From: Nannocystales bacterium
Lineage (GTDB): Bacteria > Myxococcota_A > Polyangia > Nannocystales > Nannocystaceae
Assembly (NCBI GenBank): GCA_050633305.1
Contig: JBOEGF010000010.1
Location: forward strand, 672,001-736,000
Direction: 5' to 3'
Length of the DNA: 64,000 nt
Shown here: one piece after another, positions 47,203-59,746 of the stretch
Numbering within the stretch: the first letter of the stretch is position 1
Layout of the letters: each line of letters starts with the position of its first letter
Position numbers and translations under genes: made by a program
Notes under the pieces: generated by a model
What the model saw: only the letters and a program-made list of their open reading frames with translations
Database searches by the model: none
Told to the model about the DNA's origin: nothing

Positions 47203-48120
47203 CTACGCTCCGGGCCACGCAGCGCGCCACTGCTCAACGACCGCACGCCACTTGTCTCGTACGACGTCGATGTGCGCGTTGGCGAGCGTCCACTCGCGCG
47301 GGGCGTACTGGCGGCTGCTGAGTGAACGCAGAAATGCGGCGAGCTCTCGGTCGAGGTAGTCGGGGTCGGCGAAGGCCTGCTCGGGGTCGACGATGTGCAC
47401 GTCGCGGGGCCGGCCCTCATCCTTCATGAGTCCGACTTTGGTGACGAAGCACGGCAGGTCCATCGCCAGGGCCTCGTTGACCACGATGCTGTTGCCCTCG
47501 TACTTGCTCAAGTGTAGGAAGGCCGCGGCCTTGCGCATGCGGTCCGGCACGTCGCTGGGCTCGCAAGCCAGGGGCTCGAGCTTCCAGTCCGGAAAACGGC
47601 GGGTGAGCCCGGCCACCTCGGCCTCGCCTTTGTGGGCACCCCGAGCGTCGTGCAAGACGAGCTTGGGGTCGGTCTCGGAGCGCTTCCCGTCGAAGCGGTC
47701 CAGGTCGACCTGGTGGTAGATGACGTGTTCGGCTCCGTTGCCGCCCAGGGCCTCGAAGGTGGTGGCGATCCACTCGGCGCACGCGACCCAGATCGTGTTG
47801 TCACGCTTGGCCGCCTTGGCCTGCCTCTTCGCCATCTTGCGGCCCGTCCGGTTGCCCGTGATCGAGGCTTTGACCGCCGCGACGCCATGCTGAAACCCGA
47901 TGACCGGGATGTCGGTCGGCCAGTCGGTGACCCAGTGGTTGTCGCAGACGACCATGAGCTTCTCGCGCCGAACCTTGTCGACATCGAGGTTGCCCGGGAA
48001 CATGAACGAGACCTCGTCGAAGATCAGCCGGAGGTTGCGAGCGAAGGACTCCACGCCGCCGCGATACGTCTGTGGATCGTTGGCTCCGTAGTGAACGACG
48101 CGGGCTGCGACCTTGCTCAT
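47203..48120 (-). CDS. Glycosyltransferase family 4-like
   Basis: GGVE near the N-terminus; YEGNSIVVNEALA (EX7E) motif. Confidence 0.8.
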   Translation of the reverse strand: MSKVAARVVHYGANDPQTYRGGVESFARNLRLIFDEVSFMFPGNLDVDKVRREKLMVVCDNHWVTDWPTDIPVIGFQHGVAAVKASITGNRTGRKMAKRQAKAAKRDNTIWVACAEWIATTFEALGGNGAEHVIYHQVDLDRFDGKRSETDPKLVLHDARGAHKGEAEVAGLTRRFPDWKLEPLACEPSDVPDRMRKAAAFLHLSKYEGNSIVVNEALAMDLPCFVTKVGLMKDEGRPRDVHIVDPEQAFADPDYLDRELAAFLRSLSSRQYAPREWTLANAHIDVVRDKWRAVVEQWRAAWPGA

Positions 48121-48178
48121 GCTCCTGCAAAGGTGCGCGCCGATGGCGACGGGCGCAAGTGCGGGGGCGTGTCCTGCC

Positions 48179-49159
48179 TCAAACCCACGACGGCCACCAC
48201 TGCGCAAGGTCGTCGCGGCCGATCAGCGCGTCGAGGCCCTCGTTTTCGCGTCGGTAGAGCCGAGACAGCGATTCCCGGGCCGCTGGCGCCATCGGTGGAT
48301 ACTTTCGCTGGGGACGGACGCTATCCAGAACTCGGTTGGCGACTCGGGCCAGGGGCGAGTTCCACAGTCGTTCGCGCCAGGGCCCGGACAGCATGCCCGG
48401 GGGATCGCTGGGCTCGGGCAGCAGGCCTCGGTAGCTCTTCTTCACGAGCAGAGGGACGGTGCGGTTGATCCACAGCCGCGTTTCGAGGTTCCGCGGGACC
48501 CTCGCGACGTTGTATCGCTCGCGCTCCAGGGCAGAGCTCGGCGGAGGTGCCAGTCCCAGGAAACGACAAACCTCGCCAGAGACGCGCTCGAGGTTCCTCG
48601 AGAACTCTTCGAACACGAGGACGCGAACCCGCTCGGCACCCAGCGCGTCGTGGTAGCGCTGGATCTGCTCGCGATAGCAGCCGCGTTGTACAACCAACGA
48701 GTCGTGCTCGCGGACCACCTCCTCAAAGGACTGGCGACACCGACCGCGTGAGACGTCGTGCCAGTAGTGGGAGTACGCTCGGGAGACGGGGTCGCGAAGG
48801 AGGGCGATCACCTTCACGTCGGGGCACAGACGAGCGATGCGTTCGGCGGCGAGGGTCGAGGGCAAGTAGCTGGTGGAGTCCTCGCCGCGGAGCTGGCCAG
48901 AGGTGGCGCCCTCGAAGAAGCGTGCGTACCAAGCCTCGTAACACGAGAAATCGGCGTCGAAGTTCCGCGTCACACCCCGGTGCGGCACGAAGTCCGGGTG
49001 CTGAACCGGGTCGTCGATGTCGAAGAAGAAGATCTCTCGGTCGGGGATGAAGACGTCCGGGTGGGCGCCGAGAATGCCGTGCAGCGTGCTCGTGCCCGAC
49101 TTCTGGGCGCCCACGACAATGAAGTGGGGTGGCTTCGAGAGCTCGGCAGCAGGGGCCAT
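48179..49159 (-). CDS. PAPS-dependent sulfotransferase (heparan-sulfate sulfotransferase-like)
   Basis: 5'-PSB GAQKSGTS, EIFFF, GEDSTSY and 3'-PB LRDPVSRAYS. Confidence 0.92.
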   Translation of the reverse strand: MAPAAELSKPPHFIVVGAQKSGTSTLHGILGAHPDVFIPDREIFFFDIDDPVQHPDFVPHRGVTRNFDADFSCYEAWYARFFEGATSGQLRGEDSTSYLPSTLAAERIARLCPDVKVIALLRDPVSRAYSHYWHDVSRGRCRQSFEEVVREHDSLVVQRGCYREQIQRYHDALGAERVRVLVFEEFSRNLERVSGEVCRFLGLAPPPSSALERERYNVARVPRNLETRLWINRTVPLLVKKSYRGLLPEPSDPPGMLSGPWRERLWNSPLARVANRVLDSVRPQRKYPPMAPAARESLSRLYRRENEGLDALIGRDDLAQWWPSWV

Positions 49160-49220
49160 CGCGCCCGATTGTGCGGCTGCGCCCACGGGGAGGCAACTGG
49201 TGTAGCCTCGCGCCGCAGCC

Positions 49221-50315
49221 ATGCGCATCCTGGTCGTCGCCACCGACATCGTCTTGCCCGGTCGTCACGGAGGGTCCACCCATGTTCGGGAGCTGGTCGA
49301 TCACCTCGGACAACACGGTGAGACGCTGCTGCTCGCCAGCCGCGGCTCCTCCGGCCCGGGGATTGCTCCAGTCGGCCGTCCGATGCGGCGCTTTCCGGCC
49401 GCGATGCGCCACGTGGATGCGGTGCGTACGTTTCTCGATGCGGGCCCCGCAGTCGACAAATTCCAGCCCGACGTGATCTACGAGCGGTGCACGTCGTATG
49501 GCGCCGGCGCGATGCTGGCCCGGGAGCGCGGGATCCCGTTGCTCTCGATGGTCCTCGACCGTCGATACAGCTGGCTCTCGCTGCGACAGGCGAGTCGAAT
49601 CGTCGCGACCGATCCCACCGCGGTCGTGCCGGCCTCGGTTCGCCACAAGGCGGTCAAGGTCAGTTGGGGAGCCAACGAAGGGCGCTTCCATCCCGGAATC
49701 GACGGGCGCCTGGCACGAGAACGCTACGGGCTCGGGGAAGGCTTCGTAGTGGGTTACGCCGGGACCTTCCGGCCTTGGCATGGCGTGGACGTACTCGTCC
49801 GGGCCATCGGTCGGCTTCCCGACGACAGCGTGAGAGTCCTTCTGGTCGGCGATGGCCCGGGGCGCGCCGACATCGAGTCGCAGATCAACGCCGCCGGGCT
49901 TCAGAGTCGTTTCGTGTTCACCGGAGCGGTCGACTATGCCGAGGTCCCCGAGGTGTTGGCCGCGGCAGACATCTGCGTTGCGCCCTTTGAGCCGCGATTC
50001 CACAAGGGGTCGAGAGGCTCGGGGTTCGTGCTGGATCCGCTCAAGGTGTTCGAGTACCTGGCCTTGGGCAAGCCAACCATCACCGTTCGAGAGCCGAACA
50101 TCGCAGCGCTATTCACCGACGGTGAAGACCTACGGCTCACCACGCCTGGCTCGGAGGCCGAGCTCGCCGACGCCATCGTGCATTTTGAGAACGACCGGGA
50201 CTTCGCCGCAGCGACGGCGGAGAAGGGGCGTACCAAAGTCTTGGCGAATCACACCTGGGGCGCGCACGCACAGCAGCTCGCCGGGTTGTTCGCCGAGATG
50301 CTCGAGGAGCGGTGA
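49221..50315 (+). CDS. Glycosyltransferase family 4
   Basis: GGSTH, IYER, GTFRPWHG, VGDGP and PLKVFEYLALGKP motifs. Confidence 0.92.
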   Translation: MRILVVATDIVLPGRHGGSTHVRELVDHLGQHGETLLLASRGSSGPGIAPVGRPMRRFPAAMRHVDAVRTFLDAGPAVDKFQPDVIYERCTSYGAGAMLARERGIPLLSMVLDRRYSWLSLRQASRIVATDPTAVVPASVRHKAVKVSWGANEGRFHPGIDGRLARERYGLGEGFVVGYAGTFRPWHGVDVLVRAIGRLPDDSVRVLLVGDGPGRADIESQINAAGLQSRFVFTGAVDYAEVPEVLAAADICVAPFEPRFHKGSRGSGFVLDPLKVFEYLALGKPTITVREPNIAALFTDGEDLRLTTPGSEAELADAIVHFENDRDFAAATAEKGRTKVLANHTWGAHAQQLAGLFAEMLEER

Positions 50316-50345
50316 GGTGGAGCAGGGCCACCAGGCGGTCTCCGC

Positions 50346-50855
50346 ATGAACGGACTTGCTCTCGCCGTCGCTGTGGCTGCCGCCGGTTCGGGTCCGCGTG
50401 TGCACATCGAGGTCGAGCGAGGACCGGGCGCAGTGGTTCTGGTCGCCCGCGAGGCACAGCGGAATGAGGTTCGAGGCCTACGGCGCGTGCGAGCTCGACC
50501 GGTCTGCTCCGCGCCGTGTGACACGGTGATGAACGCAGATGCTCCCGGATACTTCGTGGCGGGTGAGGACGTTCTACCGTCCTCCACGTTTCATCTCCCG
50601 GAATCGGGGGACGTAACCGTTCGGGTCCGCGCTGGCCGACGATCGGCGTTCCTCACCGGGTGGACACTCGCCGGAGTCGGAGCTCCGGCGCTGCTCGCTG
50701 GAGCGACGATGATGACCTTGGCCGACGACGAGAGGGATCGGCTCCGCGTTGGTGCCGCGGTGGCGGGTGTTGGGGTTGTGATGGTGGTGACCGGGGCTAT
50801 TCTGGTGGCGACCGGTCGTACCAAGCTCCGTTTCGAGCCTGCTGCTGGGTACTGA
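50346..50855 (+). CDS. Hypothetical myxobacterial membrane protein
   Basis: VCSAPC beta-domain followed by two hydrophobic helices. Confidence 0.6.
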   Translation: MNGLALAVAVAAAGSGPRVHIEVERGPGAVVLVAREAQRNEVRGLRRVRARPVCSAPCDTVMNADAPGYFVAGEDVLPSSTFHLPESGDVTVRVRAGRRSAFLTGWTLAGVGAPALLAGATMMTLADDERDRLRVGAAVAGVGVVMVVTGAILVATGRTKLRFEPAAGY

Positions 50856-51068
50856 GCCGACCCTGTACGCGGCGAGTCGGCTCGCCCGGAGATCGAATGG
50901 GGTCTCCGGTTGCGACAAAGACGCTGCGCAGGTCGCAGATGCGCTCGACGAGAACGCCAAACGCACCCGTGCCTCCGCGCAGGCTCCTGTGGAGCGGGTC
51001 TTCATCGGTCACCATCAACACTGCGTGCCCCGACCGGAAAAAATCTGACAGCGGTCTCCAAACACCTG

Positions 51069-51107
51069 CGGGGCCGGGCGCCGCTGAAATCGCGGTCCCC
51101 GGCCCCG
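51069..51107 (-). terminator. GC-rich hairpin after gyrA (candidate terminator)
   Basis: CGGGGCCGGG..CCCGGCCCCG inverted repeat about 15 bp downstream of the gyrA stop. Confidence 0.45.
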
Positions 51108-51121
51108 TCGGCGCCTGGAGG

Positions 51122-53824
<2,703 letters not shown>

Positions 53825-54182
53825 GCAGATTCCGAACGCGCACTGTACCCGCTGCGCAGCTGGGATAGAACCCCGCCAGATGGCTCAGTTCTGCCGTTTT
53901 CGAGGGAATTCGGAGATCTTCCCGGGCCCCACCAGAACCAGGTGCGGACCGGTGCCACGCGCTCGCAGCGGACAAGCCATGTCGAGCGGTTCCTGGAGGC
54001 CCCATCCTGCCCCTTGGGGCCGGGGAGGGAGGGCGTGAAGTTTGTGGTTCCGCGCCGTCTGAAGCATGGCAGTCGCTCGGGTTGGAGCGCCGGATCCATC
54101 CCCGCCGCGGGCTGTTGATCTCTCGCACGCGCTGGGGGCTCGGTGAAATCTTCCGCCGGTCGCCGTGGGTTCACACGACGTG

Positions 54183-55190
54183 ATGGATTCTTCCAAGGCC
54201 CGTCCAGTCGTCTCCCCCGCGCGGTTCGATGCGCAGCGTGCAACCGAGTGCGCACGTCGAACCCTGGCGAGCCACGATGCGTTGATCGATCGAGCAAGCG
54301 AGCAAGCCCCGGTGCGCGGTCGCAGTCGTCTGCTGTGCGCGGCGCTCGGGGTTCTCGCGCAGGATGCTGGGCGTGCCCTGGGTGCGTCCTGGTCGGGACC
54401 GGCGGTCGCGGAGGCTGCGGCGCTGCTCTCCTTGCTGACGAAGGTCGACGACGAGGTGATCGACAACGCCGCATTTCACGGTGGACCTCTTCGCCGTGGC
54501 GGCCACCGAGCATTGCGCAAAAAGGTGCGCAGCTACCTGGCGCCAACTCTGGACTCGCTGAAGACCGGGCGGCCTGCGTGTTCTGTGCCGCGCTGCGAAC
54601 TCGCGGCAGAGGTGGGCCGGATGCTCTCTTCGCTGGCCGCGACCACGGACAGGCTCGACCGTTTGCACGGTGTCATCGAGGCTGGCTGGGAGACGCAGGT
54701 CCGTGCGGTCGACATGCTCAGCCGGCACCCCGCGGAGAGCTCCATGTCGGAGGTTGCCCATGTGACGGCGGCGATCAGCGGGGACTGGCTGTTGATGATC
54801 ACCATGGTCGGTGGCTTGCCCGAGGACGTGCGGCGAGAAATCTCGGACACTGAGGTGGCGGCGTTCACGGCCTGGGGTTGGCACATCCAGCGGGCGGACG
54901 CGTTGGCGGACTTCGTCAAAGATACGGGCGAGGGGTTGGCCAACAGCTGGGCTGGGCGGTTGTGTTTCGAGCGGTGGGGATCAGCCTACGTGCGGGCGCT
55001 CGCAGCCAAGGAACTCCCGATCCTCGAGTCGATGTTGGATGGGTGTGCACCCGCGTGCCTGGCCCAGCCCCACGCGTTGCGGGGGGCCGAACGTAGCCTC
55101 GCGACGCTGGGGCAGGTCCCCGCCGCGCTGGCATGGATCCAGGCGATGCTTGTTGGACGCTGGCGGGCTCGTCGTGAGGAGGCCTGCTGA
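54183..55190 (+). CDS. Class 1 isoprenoid-synthase-fold protein (polyprenyl/terpene synthase-like)
   Basis: FARM-like KVDDEVID; WETQ..D; SARM-like GWHIQRADALADFVKD..EG; all-helical composition. Confidence 0.65.
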   Translation: MDSSKARPVVSPARFDAQRATECARRTLASHDALIDRASEQAPVRGRSRLLCAALGVLAQDAGRALGASWSGPAVAEAAALLSLLTKVDDEVIDNAAFHGGPLRRGGHRALRKKVRSYLAPTLDSLKTGRPACSVPRCELAAEVGRMLSSLAATTDRLDRLHGVIEAGWETQVRAVDMLSRHPAESSMSEVAHVTAAISGDWLLMITMVGGLPEDVRREISDTEVAAFTAWGWHIQRADALADFVKDTGEGLANSWAGRLCFERWGSAYVRALAAKELPILESMLDGCAPACLAQPHALRGAERSLATLGQVPAALAWIQAMLVGRWRARREEAC

Positions 55191-56626
55191 TGTTCGGGAC
55201 TCTTCGCCCTCCTCGGTGTGGGGCCTTGCCCGTCGTCCAGGACTCGTATCGTCGGTTCTACTGCGGCACGTGCCAGGGCCTGGGCGCCCATTTTGGGTTG
55301 GCACGCCGGGCGTTGCTGAGCCATGACGCGGTGTTCATGGCCATCGTCGCCGATGCGGTTCAGGCCCGCCCTGCGGCTCCGAGTCGTTGCCGATGCCCGA
55401 TGATGCCGACCGCATTTCGCGCCACGTTGGCGCCGGAGAGCACTGCGATGCGGTACGCAGCGGCGATTCAGATGCTGCTCGCGGATCAGTGGCTCGCCGA
55501 CCGCGCTGCTGATGGTCAGTGGGCGGCGCGCGTGGTTCGTCCGTGGTTCAGCGACGCACCGGCACGACGCGCGGAGGCACAGCTGGCGGACCTTGGGGTG
55601 AGCCTGCCGGCGCTACGCGGTTTTGAGGGGCGACAGGTTGCGGTCGAGCGAGACGGGGGGGTTCCGCTTCCGGAAATCGCAGCGGCACCGACGGCCGCGG
55701 TCCTCGCAATGGCATTCGAGGCGGCGGCGCTGCTCCCCGGAGCGGCGCCGGCGTTCTCCCTCTCGCTGGCTCGGTCCCAGCTGGCGGAGTTCGGAGCCTC
55801 GATCGGTGCGGCCATCTACCTGCTCGACGCGCTGGAGGACCTGGAGGAGGACGCGAGAACCTGCGACTTCAACCCGTGCCTGGACCCGTACGGAGACCCT
55901 TGCTCCGACCGCACCTCGCAAGCCATCGTTGCACTGCGAGCTGCCCTGGGCGCTGCTGCTGACGGTTGTGCGCAACTGCCATGGACCCGTCACAAGGCGG
56001 TGCTCTCGGCGGTGCTCCGGCGCTTCATCGAGCGATGCAACGAGGCGGAGACATCCGCAACGCGCGTTCTGGAATCCCGCCGGGAAACACTCGCACCCAG
56101 ACGCGTGCGAACCCCAAGCCAACGGGTTTGGGCCCGAGCCGTGTCCGCGGCCACGATGACCTGGGCGTGGGGGGTGTCCTGGGTGGTCTATGCCGCTCCG
56201 CTCCGTGAGGACGTTCCGGGTCCAGACGTCGGCTCCGATGATGTCGACGACTGGACTTCGGATCTCTCACCCGACGTCGGCGACGGCACGGGCACCACCG
56301 GAGAACCCGCGGTCGGAGAACCGGGTGGGGGCTGCAGCGCTTGCGACGGCTGTGGAACCCAATGCGAGAAGGGGTGCGGTGAGTGCTTCAGCGGATGTGG
56401 GTCTGTAGAGTGCGCCCGCTGCTGCTCGGACTGCGTGGCGTGTCCGGGCGAATGCGGCCGCGGATCCGAAGACTGCTGCAGCGGCTGCGCTCAGGGGTGC
56501 GACGACTGCGGCGAGTGCACCCAGGCCTGGAACGGATGCGGCGACGCTTGCAACGGATGCGGGCAGTGTGGTCAAGGGTGCAATGGGTGCGGACAGGGAT
56601 GCAATGGATGCGGACAAGGGTGCTGA
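55190..56626 (+). CDS. DUF5685-like protein with TM-like segment and Cys-rich C-terminal tail
   Basis: MFG.L, YCGTC..LG..FG...R..LSHD, CRCPM, YLLDALEDLEED..FNP; TGATG overlap with the upstream gene. Confidence 0.75.
   Translation: MFGTLRPPRCGALPVVQDSYRRFYCGTCQGLGAHFGLARRALLSHDAVFMAIVADAVQARPAAPSRCRCPMMPTAFRATLAPESTAMRYAAAIQMLLADQWLADRAADGQWAARVVRPWFSDAPARRAEAQLADLGVSLPALRGFEGRQVAVERDGGVPLPEIAAAPTAAVLAMAFEAAALLPGAAPAFSLSLARSQLAEFGASIGAAIYLLDALEDLEEDARTCDFNPCLDPYGDPCSDRTSQAIVALRAALGAAADGCAQLPWTRHKAVLSAVLRRFIERCNEAETSATRVLESRRETLAPRRVRTPSQRVWARAVSAATMTWAWGVSWVVYAAPLREDVPGPDVGSDDVDDWTSDLSPDVGDGTGTTGEPAVGEPGGGCSACDGCGTQCEKGCGECFSGCGSVECARCCSDCVACPGECGRGSEDCCSGCAQGCDDCGECTQAWNGCGDACNGCGQCGQGCNGCGQGCNGCGQGC
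56549..56623 (+). repeat. Coding tandem repeat (CNGCGQG units, about 21 bp)
   Basis: TGCAATGGGTGCGGACAGGGA / TGCAATGGATGCGGACAAGGG plus a degenerate upstream copy. Confidence 0.8.
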
Positions 56627-56866
56627 GGTGGTGTCTGTTGCCGACCCCTCAGCCTCGCGCCTCCTTGCTGGGGTCTCGGAGGATGAGGACAGCGGGCGCG
56701 GAGGGGCCACAGTCGCCGCACACCCGGTTCTTGTGGAGACACGCGTAGGCAGTACCGACGTCTCATGCGTGTTGGCTGTCCTGCATGGCGATCCCGGAGG
56801 GCGCGCAGGCGAAGCTTTGGAGCCGCTGCGCCCGAGTGCATCAAGAGTTGGAGCCTCATGGCGTCC

Positions 56867-57724
56867 TTAGGACTCGCTGCACTCGTGGCACAGCACATCG
56901 CGGACCTGGTGTAGGTGCTCCGGATCCGAATCCACCAAGTGCTCGAGGAGTCGGTCGAATCGGAGCACGCCTCCGCAGGTGGCCGACTCGTCAGGGCGGT
57001 ACAAGGGCAAGGGACGCTCGACCCCTTTGAGGGCGTAGCGATCGAGAAACGTCAGGCACAGCTCGCGGTTGATCTCGTTCATCCGCTTCTGCAGGGCCAC
57101 TCGGTCGGTGTCGTTCGTCGCGGTGCGCTCTTGGGCTCGCAGACTCTCGAAGGTTTGCCCGTGGAAGGCTTCGGCGCAGAGTTCGACCGTGGAGTCTCCC
57201 ACGAGCACGCGCGCGCTCGCGATCAGCTTTGTAAGCGCCTCGATCCGGGCCGCGATGTTAACGCAATGCCCGATGACAGTGTCGACACCCGCGACGGATG
57301 AGCCGGCCCGGATACGGGAGACCTCGCCGGACTCCACGCCGACGCCGAACGACACCGTCGGAAGCTGCGGGTTGGCTTGGTTGTGGCGTTCGCATGTTTC
57401 GATGAGCCCCGCTTCGAGCAGGAACGCTGCGAGCAGTCCCTGCGCGAAGTGCCGTGGGCCCATGAACACGACCAGGAGCCCGTCGCCCGTGCTGCTGACT
57501 GAAATCTGCGGGTCCGCACGCTCTGCTGGCGCCATGGCGAGCATGCAGTGGTCCAGGGTTGCGGCATAGAAGTCGGCGAGCGTGTAGCAGAATCGGTTGG
57601 TCCCGCGTTCATCCACCTCGGCCGCGTTCAAACTGGGGGTGAAGTTGCGCAGGTCGACGATGACACCGGTGGCCGGGACCGGAGGATCGACTTGGGAGCC
57701 AGGGTCGGTTGCGGCGGTCGTCAC
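56867..57724 (-). CDS. Stand-alone class III nucleotidyl cyclase
   Basis: VDLRNFT, TGDG, FGVG, TVIGHCVNIAARIE, LKGV motifs. Confidence 0.85.
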   Translation of the reverse strand: MTTAATDPGSQVDPPVPATGVIVDLRNFTPSLNAAEVDERGTNRFCYTLADFYAATLDHCMLAMAPAERADPQISVSSTGDGLLVVFMGPRHFAQGLLAAFLLEAGLIETCERHNQANPQLPTVSFGVGVESGEVSRIRAGSSVAGVDTVIGHCVNIAARIEALTKLIASARVLVGDSTVELCAEAFHGQTFESLRAQERTATNDTDRVALQKRMNEINRELCLTFLDRYALKGVERPLPLYRPDESATCGGVLRFDRLLEHLVDSDPEHLHQVRDVLCHECSES

Positions 57725-57892
57725 ACCGCATCATACCCGCCAGCTGCGAAGGACAGGGAACGTCACAAGGGCCGTTTCGAGCGTCCGCATGCGGACGGCT
57801 CGGAACGACCCCTGGAGTCCGCCTTCGGCCTCCCGCCTTGCCAGACGCGCCCAGCGACGCACTCTGCAGGCCGTTTCAAACCGATCGCCGCT

Positions 57893-59746
57893 TTAGCAGG
57901 CCAAGCCTTCGTCGCGGCGTGCGGCCCGACGGTAGGCGTACGCGCCCACGATGAGGATGCCGCCGACCGCGATGAAGCTGAAGCCTCGCACCGGGAGTGC
58001 GGCGTTCGCCGTGTCGAGGAGCGCCAGTTTGGTCGCAGCCACGCCGATCGCCGTGAGTCCGGCGTGACGCCACAGCTTGTGCTCGAGTCTCAGGCCCGCG
58101 ACGACGAGGCCCAACCCAACCGCGGCCAGGACCACCGTCATCACCACCGCGCTGTGACCCACAACGGCCGCACCGAGTCCGCGGAACATCAGCAGTCCCG
58201 CATAGGCGGCCACGACCAGCCCCGTGCCCTCGTACGCGTCTGTTCTCCCGTGGGCCGCGCGGGCCCGGAGCAGCAGGACGGTGCCCGCGGCCGTGAGTGC
58301 GAGGATCCCGACGGTCTCGGGACCGACCGCCGCGTGGGTCCCAAACATCAGGATGCTCGCGCCGAGGGTCACCAACAGGGCCTTCGCCGCCACAGGAAAG
58401 CCGGTCGCCGGCGCCTGAGCTCCACGGGCCAGGATCAGTGCGAACGGGAGCAGGCCGAGCATGTAGCGGCTGTGCATCGCGTCCGGGCCGGCCACATAGA
58501 CGATGGCTGCGTGCAGCAGGACGCCGACCCACATGAGCGACGAACGAGGCGCCGCGCGTGGGGCGGGCCACAGGCCGAGGCTCACAAGCATCAAGGCGGT
58601 CACCATGCCCGCGCCCAGTGTCCACGGCAGTGTCGCAAACACCATCGAGTAGCCCCCGGCACACATCGCGGGCAACAGGGCCCACAACAGAAAGCGCTGG
58701 CGTCCCGACCACACCAGGCCGATGGCGATCACCATCATGGTCCACCAACCGAGCATGGCGGCCATGCCTCCGAGCATCAGCCCTCCGGCACACGCCATCA
58801 CCCAACCCAGGCCCAAGGTCGCCCGATGCAGGGCCTCGTTGCGTCGCGCCATGAAGACGCCGAACGCCAGGTGCCAGGCGGCGAGCAGCAGGGTCGCCAT
58901 TCGCAGGGACGGAAGGTGTCCGCCAAATGCCCAACCCGCCGCCGACCAGGCGGTCAGCCCTCCGGCGAGAACCCGTGCGACCGCCAACCCTGTGTCGCGG
59001 GTGTTGCTCGCCTGCAACGCCACGCGCCAGGTCGAGGCCGCGCCTGCGAGGACCAGCAGTCCCACGCTGAGCATGAACTCCAGCGAAGAGGACGCGTCGA
59101 GATGACGTGCGCCCCAACCCATGAGCAGAGCCCATGTCCCCAGCAGACCCAGCGTGGGGAGCTCGGGCCAGCCGCGGCGCACATCGAGGACGGCGAATGC
59201 TGCGAGCACGCCGGTTTGGTAGATCATCAGCTCGCCCAGCTGCCCGTCGCCCGCCTGTGTGAGCACGGGGGTTGCACAAGCCGCGAGCCCCGCGAGGCCG
59301 GCCATCCATCGCAGTCGCAAGTGGTCGGCGAGGAGCAGACATGCGAGTACTCCGACAACGAGGGCGGCGAAAGCAACTCCGGCCGGGGCAAGGCTGTACA
59401 CATGCCGTGCGACGAGCCAGGTCGAAAACCAGGCTCCCAGACCTGCGCCGCCGAGGGCACCTGCAACCTCCGGTTGACCGCGCTTGGCCAACGGCCATGC
59501 GGCGGCCGTCAACAAGACCGAGGCCGCGCCGCCCATCAGCAGCTTGTGGCTCGTGTCGATCCAGCCCTGCTCCAACACGTGCCATGCGAAGAAGACCAGT
59601 CCCAACAGCAGCGCGACACCACCGGCGATCGCCAGCGGCCACACGGGCGACTCTCGCGGCGGAATCGGGTCGGGAAGCTCGTCATTGTTGGGACCCAAGT
59701 CGGGCGGGGGCGTCGGGGGATTCGCGTCAGACCAATCTTCGACCAT
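57893..59746 (-). CDS. DUF2339-like multi-pass membrane protein
   Basis: LAIAGGVALLLGLVFF..GWI start; C-terminal KLALLD..RGFSFIAVG; many TM segments. Confidence 0.78.
   Translation of the reverse strand: MVEDWSDANPPTPPPDLGPNNDELPDPIPPRESPVWPLAIAGGVALLLGLVFFAWHVLEQGWIDTSHKLLMGGAASVLLTAAAWPLAKRGQPEVAGALGGAGLGAWFSTWLVARHVYSLAPAGVAFAALVVGVLACLLLADHLRLRWMAGLAGLAACATPVLTQAGDGQLGELMIYQTGVLAAFAVLDVRRGWPELPTLGLLGTWALLMGWGARHLDASSSLEFMLSVGLLVLAGAASTWRVALQASNTRDTGLAVARVLAGGLTAWSAAGWAFGGHLPSLRMATLLLAAWHLAFGVFMARRNEALHRATLGLGWVMACAGGLMLGGMAAMLGWWTMMVIAIGLVWSGRQRFLLWALLPAMCAGGYSMVFATLPWTLGAGMVTALMLVSLGLWPAPRAAPRSSLMWVGVLLHAAIVYVAGPDAMHSRYMLGLLPFALILARGAQAPATGFPVAAKALLVTLGASILMFGTHAAVGPETVGILALTAAGTVLLLRARAAHGRTDAYEGTGLVVAAYAGLLMFRGLGAAVVGHSAVVMTVVLAAVGLGLVVAGLRLEHKLWRHAGLTAIGVAATKLALLDTANAALPVRGFSFIAVGGILIVGAYAYRRAARRDEGLAC

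Noticed and set aside
53825..54182. Intergenic gap as a possible ncRNA (SRP, 6S, tRNA, riboswitch)
   Set aside because: No diagnostic motif recognised; adequately explained by divergent promoters
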